Below, in pieces: positions 19,801 to 28,875 of a DNA stretch of 64,000 bases. The position numbers and the translations under genes are program-made. Source of the DNA: an uncultured Acidobacteriaceae bacterium (GTDB lineage Bacteria > Acidobacteriota > Terriglobia > Terriglobales > Acidobacteriaceae); assembly GCA_963757965.1 (NCBI GenBank), contig CAVWTV010000021.1, positions 32,687-96,686 on the forward strand. The letters are read 5' to 3'. Numbering within the stretch: the first letter of the stretch is position 1; the number at the start of each line of letters is the position of its first letter. The notes under the pieces are model-generated. The model saw nothing but the letters and a program-made list of their open reading frames with translations. It ran no database searches and was not told the origin of the DNA.

Positions 19801-20628
19801 CTACTTGCGCAGCGCATTCGAAGCAGCGCGCAATGTGAATTCCAGCGATTCGCGCGGAATGCTCTCCACAAATGGCCGAATGATCCAGGCGAGCCCTTTT
19901 GGAATGGAGCGTGTGAGCGTGACAGACTCGATCTGCATGTAGAGTCCGCCGTCCCGCTCTTCGTAGCTCCAGTAGGTGTTCATGCGCCACAGGAAGCCGT
20001 GCTCTTCTTTGGGACTCAGCGCCCGTTCCCAGCTGGTGCCGGGCGAGCCGATCTCTTGAATCTGAGTGCTCCGCGAGTTACTGTTTCCGTGCCGCGCATC
20101 CAGCCGCCCGTAAGCGATGTCGTAAGTCGTATCCATGACCACCGCGATGACGTGCTTCTGGCGCACCCGCATCGCAACGTGGAAGAAATCGCCGTGTTGC
20201 GCGAGCACCTTCGCCTGAAGCACCTGCGGAGAAAAGTGCTGCGGATAGGTGTTGTAGCCTTTCATGAGCCGCTCAAAATCGGCAGCCGCAGCTCCAGGCA
20301 CAAAACCAGTTCCGCGCCAGTCGTGCAGCATGGCTCCGGGTAAATCAGCGCCGGCCGAAGGCGTGAGCTGCTCGATGATCAACTCCCCTTTGCGCAGCCG
20401 TGCCTCGCTGTCCGAACCTCCCGAAGCCACCGGAGCGATGAACCCATTTTGTGCCCGATGCTGTTGATCCAGGCGCACCTCAACGGTGCCGACATACGAG
20501 TTGAAAGCTGAAACCGCCGCAGCCGGAGGTTGTGCCCGAGCCGGGCCTGAAGCGGTCAGCAAGGCCGACAGGAAAAGTAGCCGGCCGATAACGGAAAATT
20601 TTCGCGAATCTGTAGATCGACGTTTCAT
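19801..20628 (-). CDS. secreted hypothetical protein (possibly SRPBCC/START-like lipid-binding fold)
   Basis: Signal peptide MKRRSTDSRKFSVIGRLLFLSALLTASGPARA at 20628 (the ORF opens at 20724). It ends 9 nt from the next gene of the operon. The fold guess is weak. Confidence 0.5.
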   Translation of the reverse strand: MKRRSTDSRKFSVIGRLLFLSALLTASGPARAQPPAAAVSAFNSYVGTVEVRLDQQHRAQNGFIAPVASGGSDSEARLRKGELIIEQLTPSAGADLPGAMLHDWRGTGFVPGAAAADFERLMKGYNTYPQHFSPQVLQAKVLAQHGDFFHVAMRVRQKHVIAVVMDTTYDIAYGRLDARHGNSNSRSTQIQEIGSPGTSWERALSPKEEHGFLWRMNTYWSYEERDGGLYMQIESVTLTRSIPKGLAWIIRPFVESIPRESLEFTLRAASNALRK

Positions 20629-20797
20629 GATGCTTGCACCGTACTCCGCGCCGGCTGCGAAGGCAATGCATGGAACATCACCCGGCGACAATTGCTTCTG
20701 ACTCAACAAGTACTTGCAGGACATAGGCTTAGAGAAAGTTATACATTGTGCAAGGGTTTTGGAATCATCTCAAGATCAGATAGACTGAACGAAAGAT

Positions 20798-21712
20798 ATG
20801 ACGGATGGACGACTAGCCCGGCGCTATCGCTTCGGAGCATTTGAAGCAGACGCGACCACGGGAGAGCTTCGCAGGAACGGGGTTCTCGTCAAGCTGAACG
20901 CGCAGCCTTTCCAGGTGCTTTTGCTGCTCCTTGACCGGCCCGGCCAACTGCTGACCCGTAAGGAAATCTCCAGCGAGCTATGGCCCGATGGAACCTTCGT
21001 CGATTACGAGCACGGAGTCAATTCGGCGGTAAATCGCATCCGTGAAGCGCTCGGCGATTCGGCCAGCAGGCCGAGATTCGTGGTGACCCTGGCCCGTCGC
21101 GGCTATCGCTTTGTAGCTCCCGTTGAACGCATCGCCCTCAGCGAGAATCCGTCGCCAGAACTGCACGAGTCCCCGGCTCCGCAGGCAGCGAAGAAGAGAT
21201 TTCCGAGCGCGCCAGAGGCACTTCCGGCGGAGCTTGAGAGCAAGTTTTTCAGCCGCATTCTGGCTTCGCCGGAAGAGCTTCCGAAAGCCTCGCATTCAGT
21301 GGTGCAGACGCTATTCGTCTTGATGCAGTTCATGTATTTGAGCTTCTATGTTGGGGCACTCGCAAATCTGGGCGAGATTCACGATCTCTTCGCGCCGCTG
21401 CCCAGGGAAATCCATGCAATGGCGATCCTGATCGTCACTGCCGCGATTCTGATTCCCGTTCGCGCCTTCGTTATCACAGCCGTGCTCTTCCATGCGCCCG
21501 GAGCACGCGAGAAGTACCTCAAGCTCTGGCCGTTTCTGCTGGCCTTCGATGTGCTATGGTCGCTCTCGCCCTTCCTTCTGCTTCACCACATCAACTTCGG
21601 ACTTGCGCTGGCATGCACCACGCTGCTTGTCTATTCGCCCTTCGCACAACGCTCGCTGGTGCTGATGGGCGCAGGCGGCGTTGAGCATGAAGTATCGGCA
21701 CCCGCCCGCTGA
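20798..21712 (+). CDS. membrane-anchored ToxR/CadC-like transcriptional regulator (OmpR/PhoB-type winged helix + C-terminal TM domain)
   Basis: YRFGAFEADATTGELRRNG..VKLNAQPFQVLLLLL...RRGYRF matches trans_reg_C. The C-terminal ~130 aa contain 4 hydrophobic helices. Confidence 0.8.
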   Translation: MTDGRLARRYRFGAFEADATTGELRRNGVLVKLNAQPFQVLLLLLDRPGQLLTRKEISSELWPDGTFVDYEHGVNSAVNRIREALGDSASRPRFVVTLARRGYRFVAPVERIALSENPSPELHESPAPQAAKKRFPSAPEALPAELESKFFSRILASPEELPKASHSVVQTLFVLMQFMYLSFYVGALANLGEIHDLFAPLPREIHAMAILIVTAAILIPVRAFVITAVLFHAPGAREKYLKLWPFLLAFDVLWSLSPFLLLHHINFGLALACTTLLVYSPFAQRSLVLMGAGGVEHEVSAPAR

Positions 21713-21731
21713 GCGTGGCTCTGCCTGAGCT

Positions 21732-22886
21732 TCAACGCACCGTCACATCCCATATCTTCGACAGGCGCGACTTGCCCGCCGGCCCTTCAATGTACAACAC
21801 CACTACAAATTGCCCGGCCTTTGTGTACGCATGAATCGGATGCTGCTCCGTCGAGCTCGTTCCGTCTCCGAATTCCCATCGCCAACTCGTCATCGTCCCG
21901 ACCGACTCGTCCTGAAACGCCACCAGCCGCCGCTTCATGTCGATGACTTTGAAACTCCACTTCGCCTCAATCGCCTTCTGGAACTGCGGCTCCAGCGGCA
22001 TGAGCCGGAACTCCCGAAGCAAGCTGGCATTCCCATACATCGTGTGCTCGAGGCCAAGGTTCCAGAAGCCGTTGTTTTTGGGCTGTCCATCGTAATCGAT
22101 CACAGCCCAGGACAGCCCGATGATCTTGTTCTCGTAGAGTTGCGACTCGACCGCCCGCTGCGGGCCCTCGCAACCTGCGTAATCAAACGGAGTGATGTAA
22201 AACTCCAGCACATACTTTCCGTTTTCACCATGCTTGAAGTTGTACTTCTGCGCATGGTTCGCCCAAGGAAGCTCCTTGTCCCACGGCTGGCAGCCCCAGG
22301 CCATCGCCCAGTCTTTGCCCTCATACGGCGTCATGATGTGGTAGTTCTGCGCCTGCACGCCGTGCATGGAAAAGTGCGCATCCCACGTATCCTGGTCCGC
22401 GTTGTTTCTGAATTGAGGAATCAGCGGCCCTCCCGACCGGTCCCCATCCACCACGATCTCGAACGTATCGTTATGCAGGCCGGGGTCGGCGAAGTCCCAG
22501 AAATTGTCATAGGCCTCATAGAGAAAATACAGCCGGTTCAACCCATTCACCCATCCCACCTTCACATGCACATCCAGGTCCTTCGGGTCCGGCTTGTCGT
22601 GCTTGTGCTCATCGTCGTGCATCTTGTCCAGGCCGATCGAGTAACTCTCCGGCACGATCGCCCAGTCGCTGTCGTCTCCATCGATGCGAGGAATCTGGTC
22701 GGGCGGAAATTGAAACACTTTGAATATCTCTGCCGGCGGAGCCGCCGTCCCCACGCGTTCTGTCCGCAACACCGGTTCAACCTGAACCGGGCTGGCCGGG
22801 GACGCCGGGCTCGCTTGCTGCGCCTGCAAAGCTGCACTTGCCAAAAACACCGCCGTCAATGTCGTTGCAAATCTCAGCGTATTCAT
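21732..22886 (-). CDS. secreted carbohydrate-binding-like protein with C-terminal PKD domain
   Basis: Signal peptide. WEFGDGTSSTEQHPIHAYTKAGQFVVVL is a PKD signature. The N-terminal part is CBM9/DOMON-like (weak). ATGA overlap with the GH28 gene. Confidence 0.65.
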   Translation of the reverse strand: MNTLRFATTLTAVFLASAALQAQQASPASPASPVQVEPVLRTERVGTAAPPAEIFKVFQFPPDQIPRIDGDDSDWAIVPESYSIGLDKMHDDEHKHDKPDPKDLDVHVKVGWVNGLNRLYFLYEAYDNFWDFADPGLHNDTFEIVVDGDRSGGPLIPQFRNNADQDTWDAHFSMHGVQAQNYHIMTPYEGKDWAMAWGCQPWDKELPWANHAQKYNFKHGENGKYVLEFYITPFDYAGCEGPQRAVESQLYENKIIGLSWAVIDYDGQPKNNGFWNLGLEHTMYGNASLLREFRLMPLEPQFQKAIEAKWSFKVIDMKRRLVAFQDESVGTMTSWRWEFGDGTSSTEQHPIHAYTKAGQFVVVLYIEGPAGKSRLSKIWDVTVR

Positions 22887-24346
22887 TCGTCCTTCTTCTC
22901 CTTCGCCCCACCGGGCCGCGCACCGTCTCCAACAAACCGCTCCACCTTCAGTCCCGTCACACGCTTTTCTTCGATTGCGTAGCTAAAGTACTCGGGCCGA
23001 TTCGTTCCCCACTTCAGCTTGCAGTCCCGCAGCGTCACGTTATCCGCGTCCTGGATGCTGAAACCCACCGTGTCATGCGGTTCGATTCCCTGAAGCACCG
23101 AAGTTGGCCGGTTATCGTAAACACCGCCGTGGTATCGGGTCCAACGGTCCAGAGTTATGTCGACGCGATCGAGCAATATATCATGCGCGCGGCTGGCTTC
23201 GCTTCCCCAGACTCTCACGCTGTTCTCGGCCCGTCCGGTCACATTCTGCACGGTGATGTGGTGCATGCTCCCGAGCTTTGCATCCGCCTTGCGCGGAATT
23301 GCTGTAAACGAGATGGCTTCGCCCCGGCCCCACCACGGATCGGAAAAGTATCTCGACTCAAACGCGATGTCTTTGAACACAATGTTATAGACGTTTCCCT
23401 CGTCCCTCAGTTGGATGCAAAGCCCGCGCGAGCTCGTCTTGATCTGGCACCGCTCGAAGGTAACATCGTGCACATCTGAAGTTGTCTCCGTACCGATCTT
23501 CAACCCCGCGTCCTGCGTCTCGATCACGCAATCTCGCACGCTCACATTTGCCGACGGTCCGTAGTCCTTCGCCTGGCGGCTCGCCTTGACCACGATCCCG
23601 TCGTCGCCGCACGCGATATGACAGTTCCTGATCTCGACATTCCGCGAGTGGTCCGGGTCGATCCCATCGCAGTTGGGAACATCCAGCAGATTCTTCACCG
23701 TCACGTTGTCGACCAGCACGCCATCGCATCCGAGCATGTGCAAGCCCCAGTTCGGCGCCTCGGCGAACGTAATGTCTCTGACCTCGAGGTCTTTGCACGA
23801 GGTCAGCACAAACATCTTCGGCCGCCAGTCCTTCGGCTGCCAGATTTCGCCCACCTCGTCGTATCCCTTCATGAACTCCCTGGCCCGCCCCTGCAGCGTC
23901 CCGGTCCCCGAGATCTTCAGACCCTGCGCTCCGTTGGCCACAATCAGCGCACTCGGCACCGCCGACATCTTGTCCGCGTCCGACGCGCTCATCATTCCGC
24001 CCAGGTAGTCTTCACGCGCGAGACTTGCCAGCAGCTCCGCATCGTCCGCCAGATGGAAATCGATTGCACCCTTCAACTCCAGCGTCCCGACCAGGTATTT
24101 CCTTCCACCCCGCACGAGCACCTGCGCTTTGCCCCTGTAAGCGGCAGCCTCGTCGATGGCGCGCTGAATCGCCGGACCATCCAGCGTCTTGCCATCCCCA
24201 ATCGCCCCATACTTTGCCACGTCGAACACTTTTACCGGAGGCCCACTCGCCACAACGGGGCGTACCAATGCCGTCCCTGCATACACTGCCGCGGCTTTCA
24301 AGACCTGCCGCCTCGATAACCCGAATCCAAGTCGCTTTTCGGTCAT
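22883..24346 (-). CDS. glycoside hydrolase family 28 (polygalacturonase-like), Tat signal
   Basis: RRQVLKAAAVYAGTALV leader. NCDGIDPD, ACGDDGIVVK and right-handed beta-helix repeat pattern. Confidence 0.85.
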   Translation of the reverse strand: MTEKRLGFGLSRRQVLKAAAVYAGTALVRPVVASGPPVKVFDVAKYGAIGDGKTLDGPAIQRAIDEAAAYRGKAQVLVRGGRKYLVGTLELKGAIDFHLADDAELLASLAREDYLGGMMSASDADKMSAVPSALIVANGAQGLKISGTGTLQGRAREFMKGYDEVGEIWQPKDWRPKMFVLTSCKDLEVRDITFAEAPNWGLHMLGCDGVLVDNVTVKNLLDVPNCDGIDPDHSRNVEIRNCHIACGDDGIVVKASRQAKDYGPSANVSVRDCVIETQDAGLKIGTETTSDVHDVTFERCQIKTSSRGLCIQLRDEGNVYNIVFKDIAFESRYFSDPWWGRGEAISFTAIPRKADAKLGSMHHITVQNVTGRAENSVRVWGSEASRAHDILLDRVDITLDRWTRYHGGVYDNRPTSVLQGIEPHDTVGFSIQDADNVTLRDCKLKWGTNRPEYFSYAIEEKRVTGLKVERFVGDGARPGGAKEKKDE

Positions 24347-24518
24347 TCAACTCCCCTTATTGAAACAAATTCAAGAAGGAAATCCGACGGACCACTCTAG
24401 CACATTGCCCGGCGCGACGGTCTCAAGCACGAACCAGTTGTATAGGATAGAACCATCGCCTTCCTACCCTCTCGGACGGCTCCTTTCATTGCAGGCATGG
24501 GCTCCCGACTCACCAACC

Positions 24519-26726
24519 ATGGACGAAGACCCCACACTGCCGCTCGCTGCCGCTCAGGCCAACCGGCCTGAACCGCCGCCAATGGCCTCCACGTGGGGAG
24601 ACTTCACGCTGCTTGCGCGCGTAGGGTTTGGCGGTTTCGGTGAAGTGTACCTGGCCTGGGATCCGCATCTTCAACGCGAGGTGGCACTCAAGCTGCTTTT
24701 GCCCGGTGCGGCATCCGGTGAAGCCGAGTATCAATCCCTTCTGACCGAGGCCCGAGCGCTGGCCTCCGTTCGCCACCCCAACGTTGTTCCCGTGTACGGA
24801 ATCGACAGGCACGACGAGCGGGTTGGATTCTGGACAGATTTTGTACGCGGGAAGACGCTGGCTGAACTCCTTCGCTTGCAGGGCAGGTTCGGCTTTCACG
24901 AGGCTGCGTTGATCGGGCTCGATGTGACACGTGCGCTGAGCGCTGTCCATCGCGCGGGTATCCTTCATCGCGACATCAAAGCAGAGAACGTCATGCGCGA
25001 GGAAGGCGGGCGCATCCTGCTTATGGATTTCGGCCTGAGCGCGCTGCAACAGGGCCAGACCAATATCGCTGGAACTCCAAACTACATGGCCCCCGAGGTT
25101 TTCAGGGGCGGCCAAGCGACGGTGGCCACCGATATCTACGCCGCGGGCATATTGCTTTACTATCTCGTTGCGGGCGACTATCCGGTCAGGTTGAGCGGGC
25201 TCACGGCACTTGAGTCGCTGGCCAGGATGGCAAAGCGAAGGCCCCTGATGGACATGCGTTCGGACGTGCCCGAGTCCTTGCTGCGAACAATAAATACGGC
25301 TATGGAGATTGATCCGGCAAAGCGGTTTGCCAGTGCCGGAGAACTGGCTGCGGCGCTGGCCAAGTCGCTCGGTGCTTCCACGCCATCTGAAACTATATCG
25401 ATCTCGATTCCACAGGATTCAAAGGCGCGCAGGCGTGTACGAATGCTCGCCATCGTTGCGGTGACCGCGGGACTTGTGGCCGGCTTCTTCGCCTGGCCAG
25501 GCGGCCAGCAACGCGTGTCGCACCTTTTCAGCAAGCCGCAGTCCGCGGCCTCGGCAAATCCATACGACCAGTATCAAAAAGCACAAGACCTCCTGCTTCA
25601 CTCCTACAAGAACGCCAACATCGCCGACGCGGTGAGAGGATTTCAAGCCGTGTTGCAGGCCGACCCGACCTTTGCGCTGGCTGAAGCCCGCCTGGGGACT
25701 GCTTACTTTCTGCAGTACCGCAACAGCCACGACCCCAAGTTGCTTGAGATGGCCAAGGATGCGACTAACCGGGCCATCAACCTCGATCCCAACCTGGCGC
25801 CGCCCTATATCACTCTGTCGCGAATTGCGGCCATGCAAGCGCAAACTCCTCTGGCCATGCAACTGGCCCACAAAGCGCTCGATCTCGATCCGCGCAGCCC
25901 CGAAGCGTATGGCGCCTTGGCCGACGTCTACGAAGCTGAAGGCAAGACCGGCGATGCGGTCGATGCGCTGCAAAAGGCGATCGATCTGGCCCCCGATGAC
26001 TGGCGCTGGCCGGTGCGTCTCGGCAACGATGAATTTCGCTCCGGGAATCTCAAAGGCGCCATCGTCCAATTCCGGCGCGGCGTCGACCTTGCGCCCGACA
26101 ACGCCATTGCGTATTTCGATCTTGGCATCGTGAACATGCGCTCCGGCCGCTTGGAGGAGGCGCGCGAGGATCTGGAAACTTCCCTGAAGATCGAGCCCGA
26201 CGCCGACACCTACTCCGCACTCGGCACAGTGCTGCTGCTCGACGGAAAGTACGACGATGCTGCCGCAATGGACTTGAAATCCATTCAACTCAACCCCAAC
26301 GACTACGTAGGCTGGGGCGATCTGGGCGATGCCTACCAGTGGAGCGGAACCCGCCATGCTGAAGCGGTCAAGGCCTTCAGCAAGGCGATCGAACTTGAAG
26401 AGTCTGCCCGCGCAAAGAATCGCCAGGACCCTCAACTGCTCGCGTTGCTGGCCAATCACTACGCCTCCACCGGCAACGTAGCGCAAAGCCTGGTTTTGAT
26501 CCGCCAGGCGCTGGCCATCGCGCCCACCGATCCCGAGGTGCAATATCAGACAGGCGATGCGTACGAGACGCTTGGGCGCCGCGCTGAGGCCATTCCGCTG
26601 ATCGCAAAAGCGCTGGCGCAGGGATTCGGCGACAACGAGTTTCAGCGCAACCCTCAGCTCGTTTCCTTGCGCGGCGACCCGGCATTCACCAGGGCTCTCA
26701 GCGCTGAGAAGGCAAAAAAGAACTAG
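24519..26726 (+). CDS. Ser/Thr protein kinase with TM segment and C-terminal TPR repeats
   Basis: GFGGFGEVY, VALK, HRDIKAENV, DFGLS and GTPNYMAPE motifs. TM helix LAIVAVTAGLVAGFFAW. At least 8 TPR-like repeats. The ORF opens at 24189, but that part overlaps the GH28 gene, so I chose the start MDEDPTL at 24519. Confidence 0.9.
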   Translation: MDEDPTLPLAAAQANRPEPPPMASTWGDFTLLARVGFGGFGEVYLAWDPHLQREVALKLLLPGAASGEAEYQSLLTEARALASVRHPNVVPVYGIDRHDERVGFWTDFVRGKTLAELLRLQGRFGFHEAALIGLDVTRALSAVHRAGILHRDIKAENVMREEGGRILLMDFGLSALQQGQTNIAGTPNYMAPEVFRGGQATVATDIYAAGILLYYLVAGDYPVRLSGLTALESLARMAKRRPLMDMRSDVPESLLRTINTAMEIDPAKRFASAGELAAALAKSLGASTPSETISISIPQDSKARRRVRMLAIVAVTAGLVAGFFAWPGGQQRVSHLFSKPQSAASANPYDQYQKAQDLLLHSYKNANIADAVRGFQAVLQADPTFALAEARLGTAYFLQYRNSHDPKLLEMAKDATNRAINLDPNLAPPYITLSRIAAMQAQTPLAMQLAHKALDLDPRSPEAYGALADVYEAEGKTGDAVDALQKAIDLAPDDWRWPVRLGNDEFRSGNLKGAIVQFRRGVDLAPDNAIAYFDLGIVNMRSGRLEEAREDLETSLKIEPDADTYSALGTVLLLDGKYDDAAAMDLKSIQLNPNDYVGWGDLGDAYQWSGTRHAEAVKAFSKAIELEESARAKNRQDPQLLALLANHYASTGNVAQSLVLIRQALAIAPTDPEVQYQTGDAYETLGRRAEAIPLIAKALAQGFGDNEFQRNPQLVSLRGDPAFTRALSAEKAKKN

Positions 26727-26759
26727 ACGGTAAATGGAGAACTGCGCTAACGTCAATCC

Positions 26760-27152
26760 ATGGCAAACACCGCAATCACGCTTGTCGACAAGGGAGGCGT
26801 CTATGTCCCCAGCGCCTCTTCTGTGCCCATAGTCAAGGGCGATACAGTCACCTTTTCAACCAGCGACGGGACGCACGTGGTGCTCTTCTTCTCGCCCGAT
26901 GCCTCCTCGATCATGTCCCCTGCTCCGGGCAAGGCCTTTTCACTCGCCGCAGGGAAAACGGCAACCTTCACCTTCACAGCCTCTCAACCCGGAGCGCACA
27001 GCGCCTTCTTTGGTCCTCACGCCGGTGCTGCGCCGTCCAACTTCCCCAATACTGTCTCTGAGGTTCTTACCCTCGAAACCGGGGCGGCGCGCGCCTCTGT
27101 TGTCATTGGCGCCATCGCTTCCACGGGCGACACCACCAAGCCGGGCAGCTGA
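26760..27152 (+). CDS. hypothetical small beta-rich protein
   Basis: 130-aa ORF 33 nt after the kinase stop with genome-typical GC. No recognisable motif and no obvious RBS. Confidence 0.4.
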   Translation: MANTAITLVDKGGVYVPSASSVPIVKGDTVTFSTSDGTHVVLFFSPDASSIMSPAPGKAFSLAAGKTATFTFTASQPGAHSAFFGPHAGAAPSNFPNTVSEVLTLETGAARASVVIGAIASTGDTTKPGS

Positions 27153-27197
27153 GCTCCGTGTCGACCCAAGGTCATTGGAGAATTGCTTGTCCTAAAT

Positions 27198-27713
27198 CTA
27201 GGTCGTGAACTTCTGGAGCCTCTTTGCATTCTCAGTCAGTTGCGCTAGAAGCTCCGACCTCTCAGGCGCCTTGCCCTCACGAAGCGCAGTCTCCACATCG
27301 TCCCAGAGCGTGTGGATGACTTTGGGCGAATGCATCCCATAGCCCCCCTCAGGCCGCCGCTCGAAATCATAGGCAAGCCAAGTTACCTCACTGTTTCCCG
27401 AGGACTGCGGAATCATCGAAGGAAGCTCTGAGAAGAATGTGCCGTCAGTCACGACAAAGAAGCGCTTTCCCCACCGCCGGAAGATTGGGACCTTCAGAGC
27501 CAACTGAGGAATCCGGGCGTATTCGTCTGAGACTAACCCGGGAATCCACGATTCGACCCTACCTGTAGTGCGAGGACCGGTCGCCGCTGGAGGATTTGGA
27601 TTGAACGCGAGAAGTGCAGCGCAGGTTTGCCTGTAGAATCGGCGTATGGCGATGGGGACGCGTGAAATTCGCAGGACCGGCCAAGGCCGCAAAACCGGCG
27701 ATCTCTGTGCCAT
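27198..27713 (-). CDS. hypothetical protein (start uncertain)
   Basis: 171-aa ORF. The C-terminal ~110 aa look protein-like (FFVVTDGTFFSELP...WLAYDFERRPEGGYGMH). The N-terminal third is Arg/Pro-rich, so the real start is probably internal. Confidence 0.35.
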   Translation of the reverse strand: MAQRSPVLRPWPVLRISRVPIAIRRFYRQTCAALLAFNPNPPAATGPRTTGRVESWIPGLVSDEYARIPQLALKVPIFRRWGKRFFVVTDGTFFSELPSMIPQSSGNSEVTWLAYDFERRPEGGYGMHSPKVIHTLWDDVETALREGKAPERSELLAQLTENAKRLQKFTT

Positions 27714-27762
27714 ACTTCAGAGGCATCTCGGGCAGCGGACAGTGCTCGGAGTCGCAATTCCG

Positions 27763-28593
27763 ATGCTGGATGACTACCTGCTCGAAGCCAAGGCCGGACT
27801 TAACTCAGACGGCCTGACAGAGAAGCAGATAGAAGACGGATTCCGGGCACTCGCTACCCAGTTCATTCACAGCGACTATCATTCGACCTATGTCGCAAGG
27901 CGCCTTGGCAAAGGCGGCTTCTTAGACCTTGTGGACGGGAAATACAGGCTTCGTCCCTCCCTACTGGTAGGCACAACAATCGAGGAACTTGATCAGATCA
28001 GAGAGAAACTGCTGACTTCTCTGCGATCAGCCTACGATCAGCGCCAGGCCGCCATTAAGAGATTAGAGGAGATCTGTTCTCTGCCATCGGATCGAGTCAG
28101 CGAGCGCCTTGCGCTCGTCGAAGAGTATCTCTCGCACCTTACAGGGAATCGCGGGGAGATTTTCGAGGTCGTGTCATTCGCCGTTTTGCGGGAATACTTT
28201 CGGACGTTTGGCTTTTCGCTTCAGCGTTTCTCAACAACTCACGCCAATGACGGCGGAATGGATTTCTTCGCCGCAGATGCCATTTATCAGGTGACGACAG
28301 ATGAAAGCATAGAAAAACTCCGTAGAGACCTCAGAAAGGCACCTGGAACGAAGCGAGTCTTGGTCAGACCAACAATTACTAAGGAAATACTTGAACTTGG
28401 CGAAGACAAGGTTCTTGAAACAATCGAGCTTAAGGATCTCCTAAGCCACTTCATCACTTGGCTCCTGGGACGCGACAATCGTTCCAGGCGGTCCAATCAT
28501 CTGCAGCGCGTCCTTCAAGTAGCCCTGGAGGAATTCCGTAGAGAAGACAAGGCCGAAACAGCCGATAGAATAGTTGAGTTCATTTCGGAGTAA
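27763..28593 (+). CDS. restriction-endonuclease-like (Mrr-cat / PD-(D/E)xK-like) protein, family unassigned
   Basis: GEIFEVVSFAVLREYFRTFGF...NDGGMDFF...AIYQVTTD follows the Mrr-type layout G-x2-FE...D-G-G-x-D...(E/Q)-x-K, but with T at the K position. Local GC is about 45-55%. Confidence 0.45.
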   Translation: MLDDYLLEAKAGLNSDGLTEKQIEDGFRALATQFIHSDYHSTYVARRLGKGGFLDLVDGKYRLRPSLLVGTTIEELDQIREKLLTSLRSAYDQRQAAIKRLEEICSLPSDRVSERLALVEEYLSHLTGNRGEIFEVVSFAVLREYFRTFGFSLQRFSTTHANDGGMDFFAADAIYQVTTDESIEKLRRDLRKAPGTKRVLVRPTITKEILELGEDKVLETIELKDLLSHFITWLLGRDNRSRRSNHLQRVLQVALEEFRREDKAETADRIVEFISE

Positions 28594-28599
28594 TGCAGC

Positions 28600-28875
28600 A
28601 TGAAGGTGAAGATCTGGACGGTAGCAGCGGACGACGATGGGGGCACCCGGGCAACGGTGCACGTGGCCCAGAAGGGCGCATATATGCAATGGCTGGAGTG
28701 GCAGTTCTCTGGCGCCCTAGATGAGGAGGAGAAAGCGGAAATGCATACGGCTGAGACGTTCATCGAACGCGAGGATTACGCTGGTTTGTGGGAATGGATC
28801 GGCGACCGAGAACTCGGCGAGCCGTTTGACACCTACGCTATTGAAGAACACGAGATCAAGCTACCAGCGCAGTAG
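28600..28875 (+). CDS. hypothetical small acidic protein
   Basis: 91 aa. GGAG lies upstream and the start is 6 nt after the preceding stop. No motif recognised. Confidence 0.45.
   Translation: MKVKIWTVAADDDGGTRATVHVAQKGAYMQWLEWQFSGALDEEEKAEMHTAETFIEREDYAGLWEWIGDRELGEPFDTYAIEEHEIKLPAQ

Noticed and set aside
21810-22982. 390-aa plus-strand ORF
   Set aside because: It is antisense to the PKD-domain protein gene and shows the same Arg-rich shadow-ORF signature.
24189-24518. 110-codon N-terminal extension of the kinase ORF
   Set aside because: It overlaps the 5' end of the divergent GH28 gene and has no kinase-related sequence. The internal start MDEDPTL leaves a normal divergent promoter gap.
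25419-26756. 445-aa minus-strand ORF
   Set aside because: It is antisense to the TPR half of the Ser/Thr kinase. It has low-complexity composition, while the opposite strand has clear TPR and kinase motifs.
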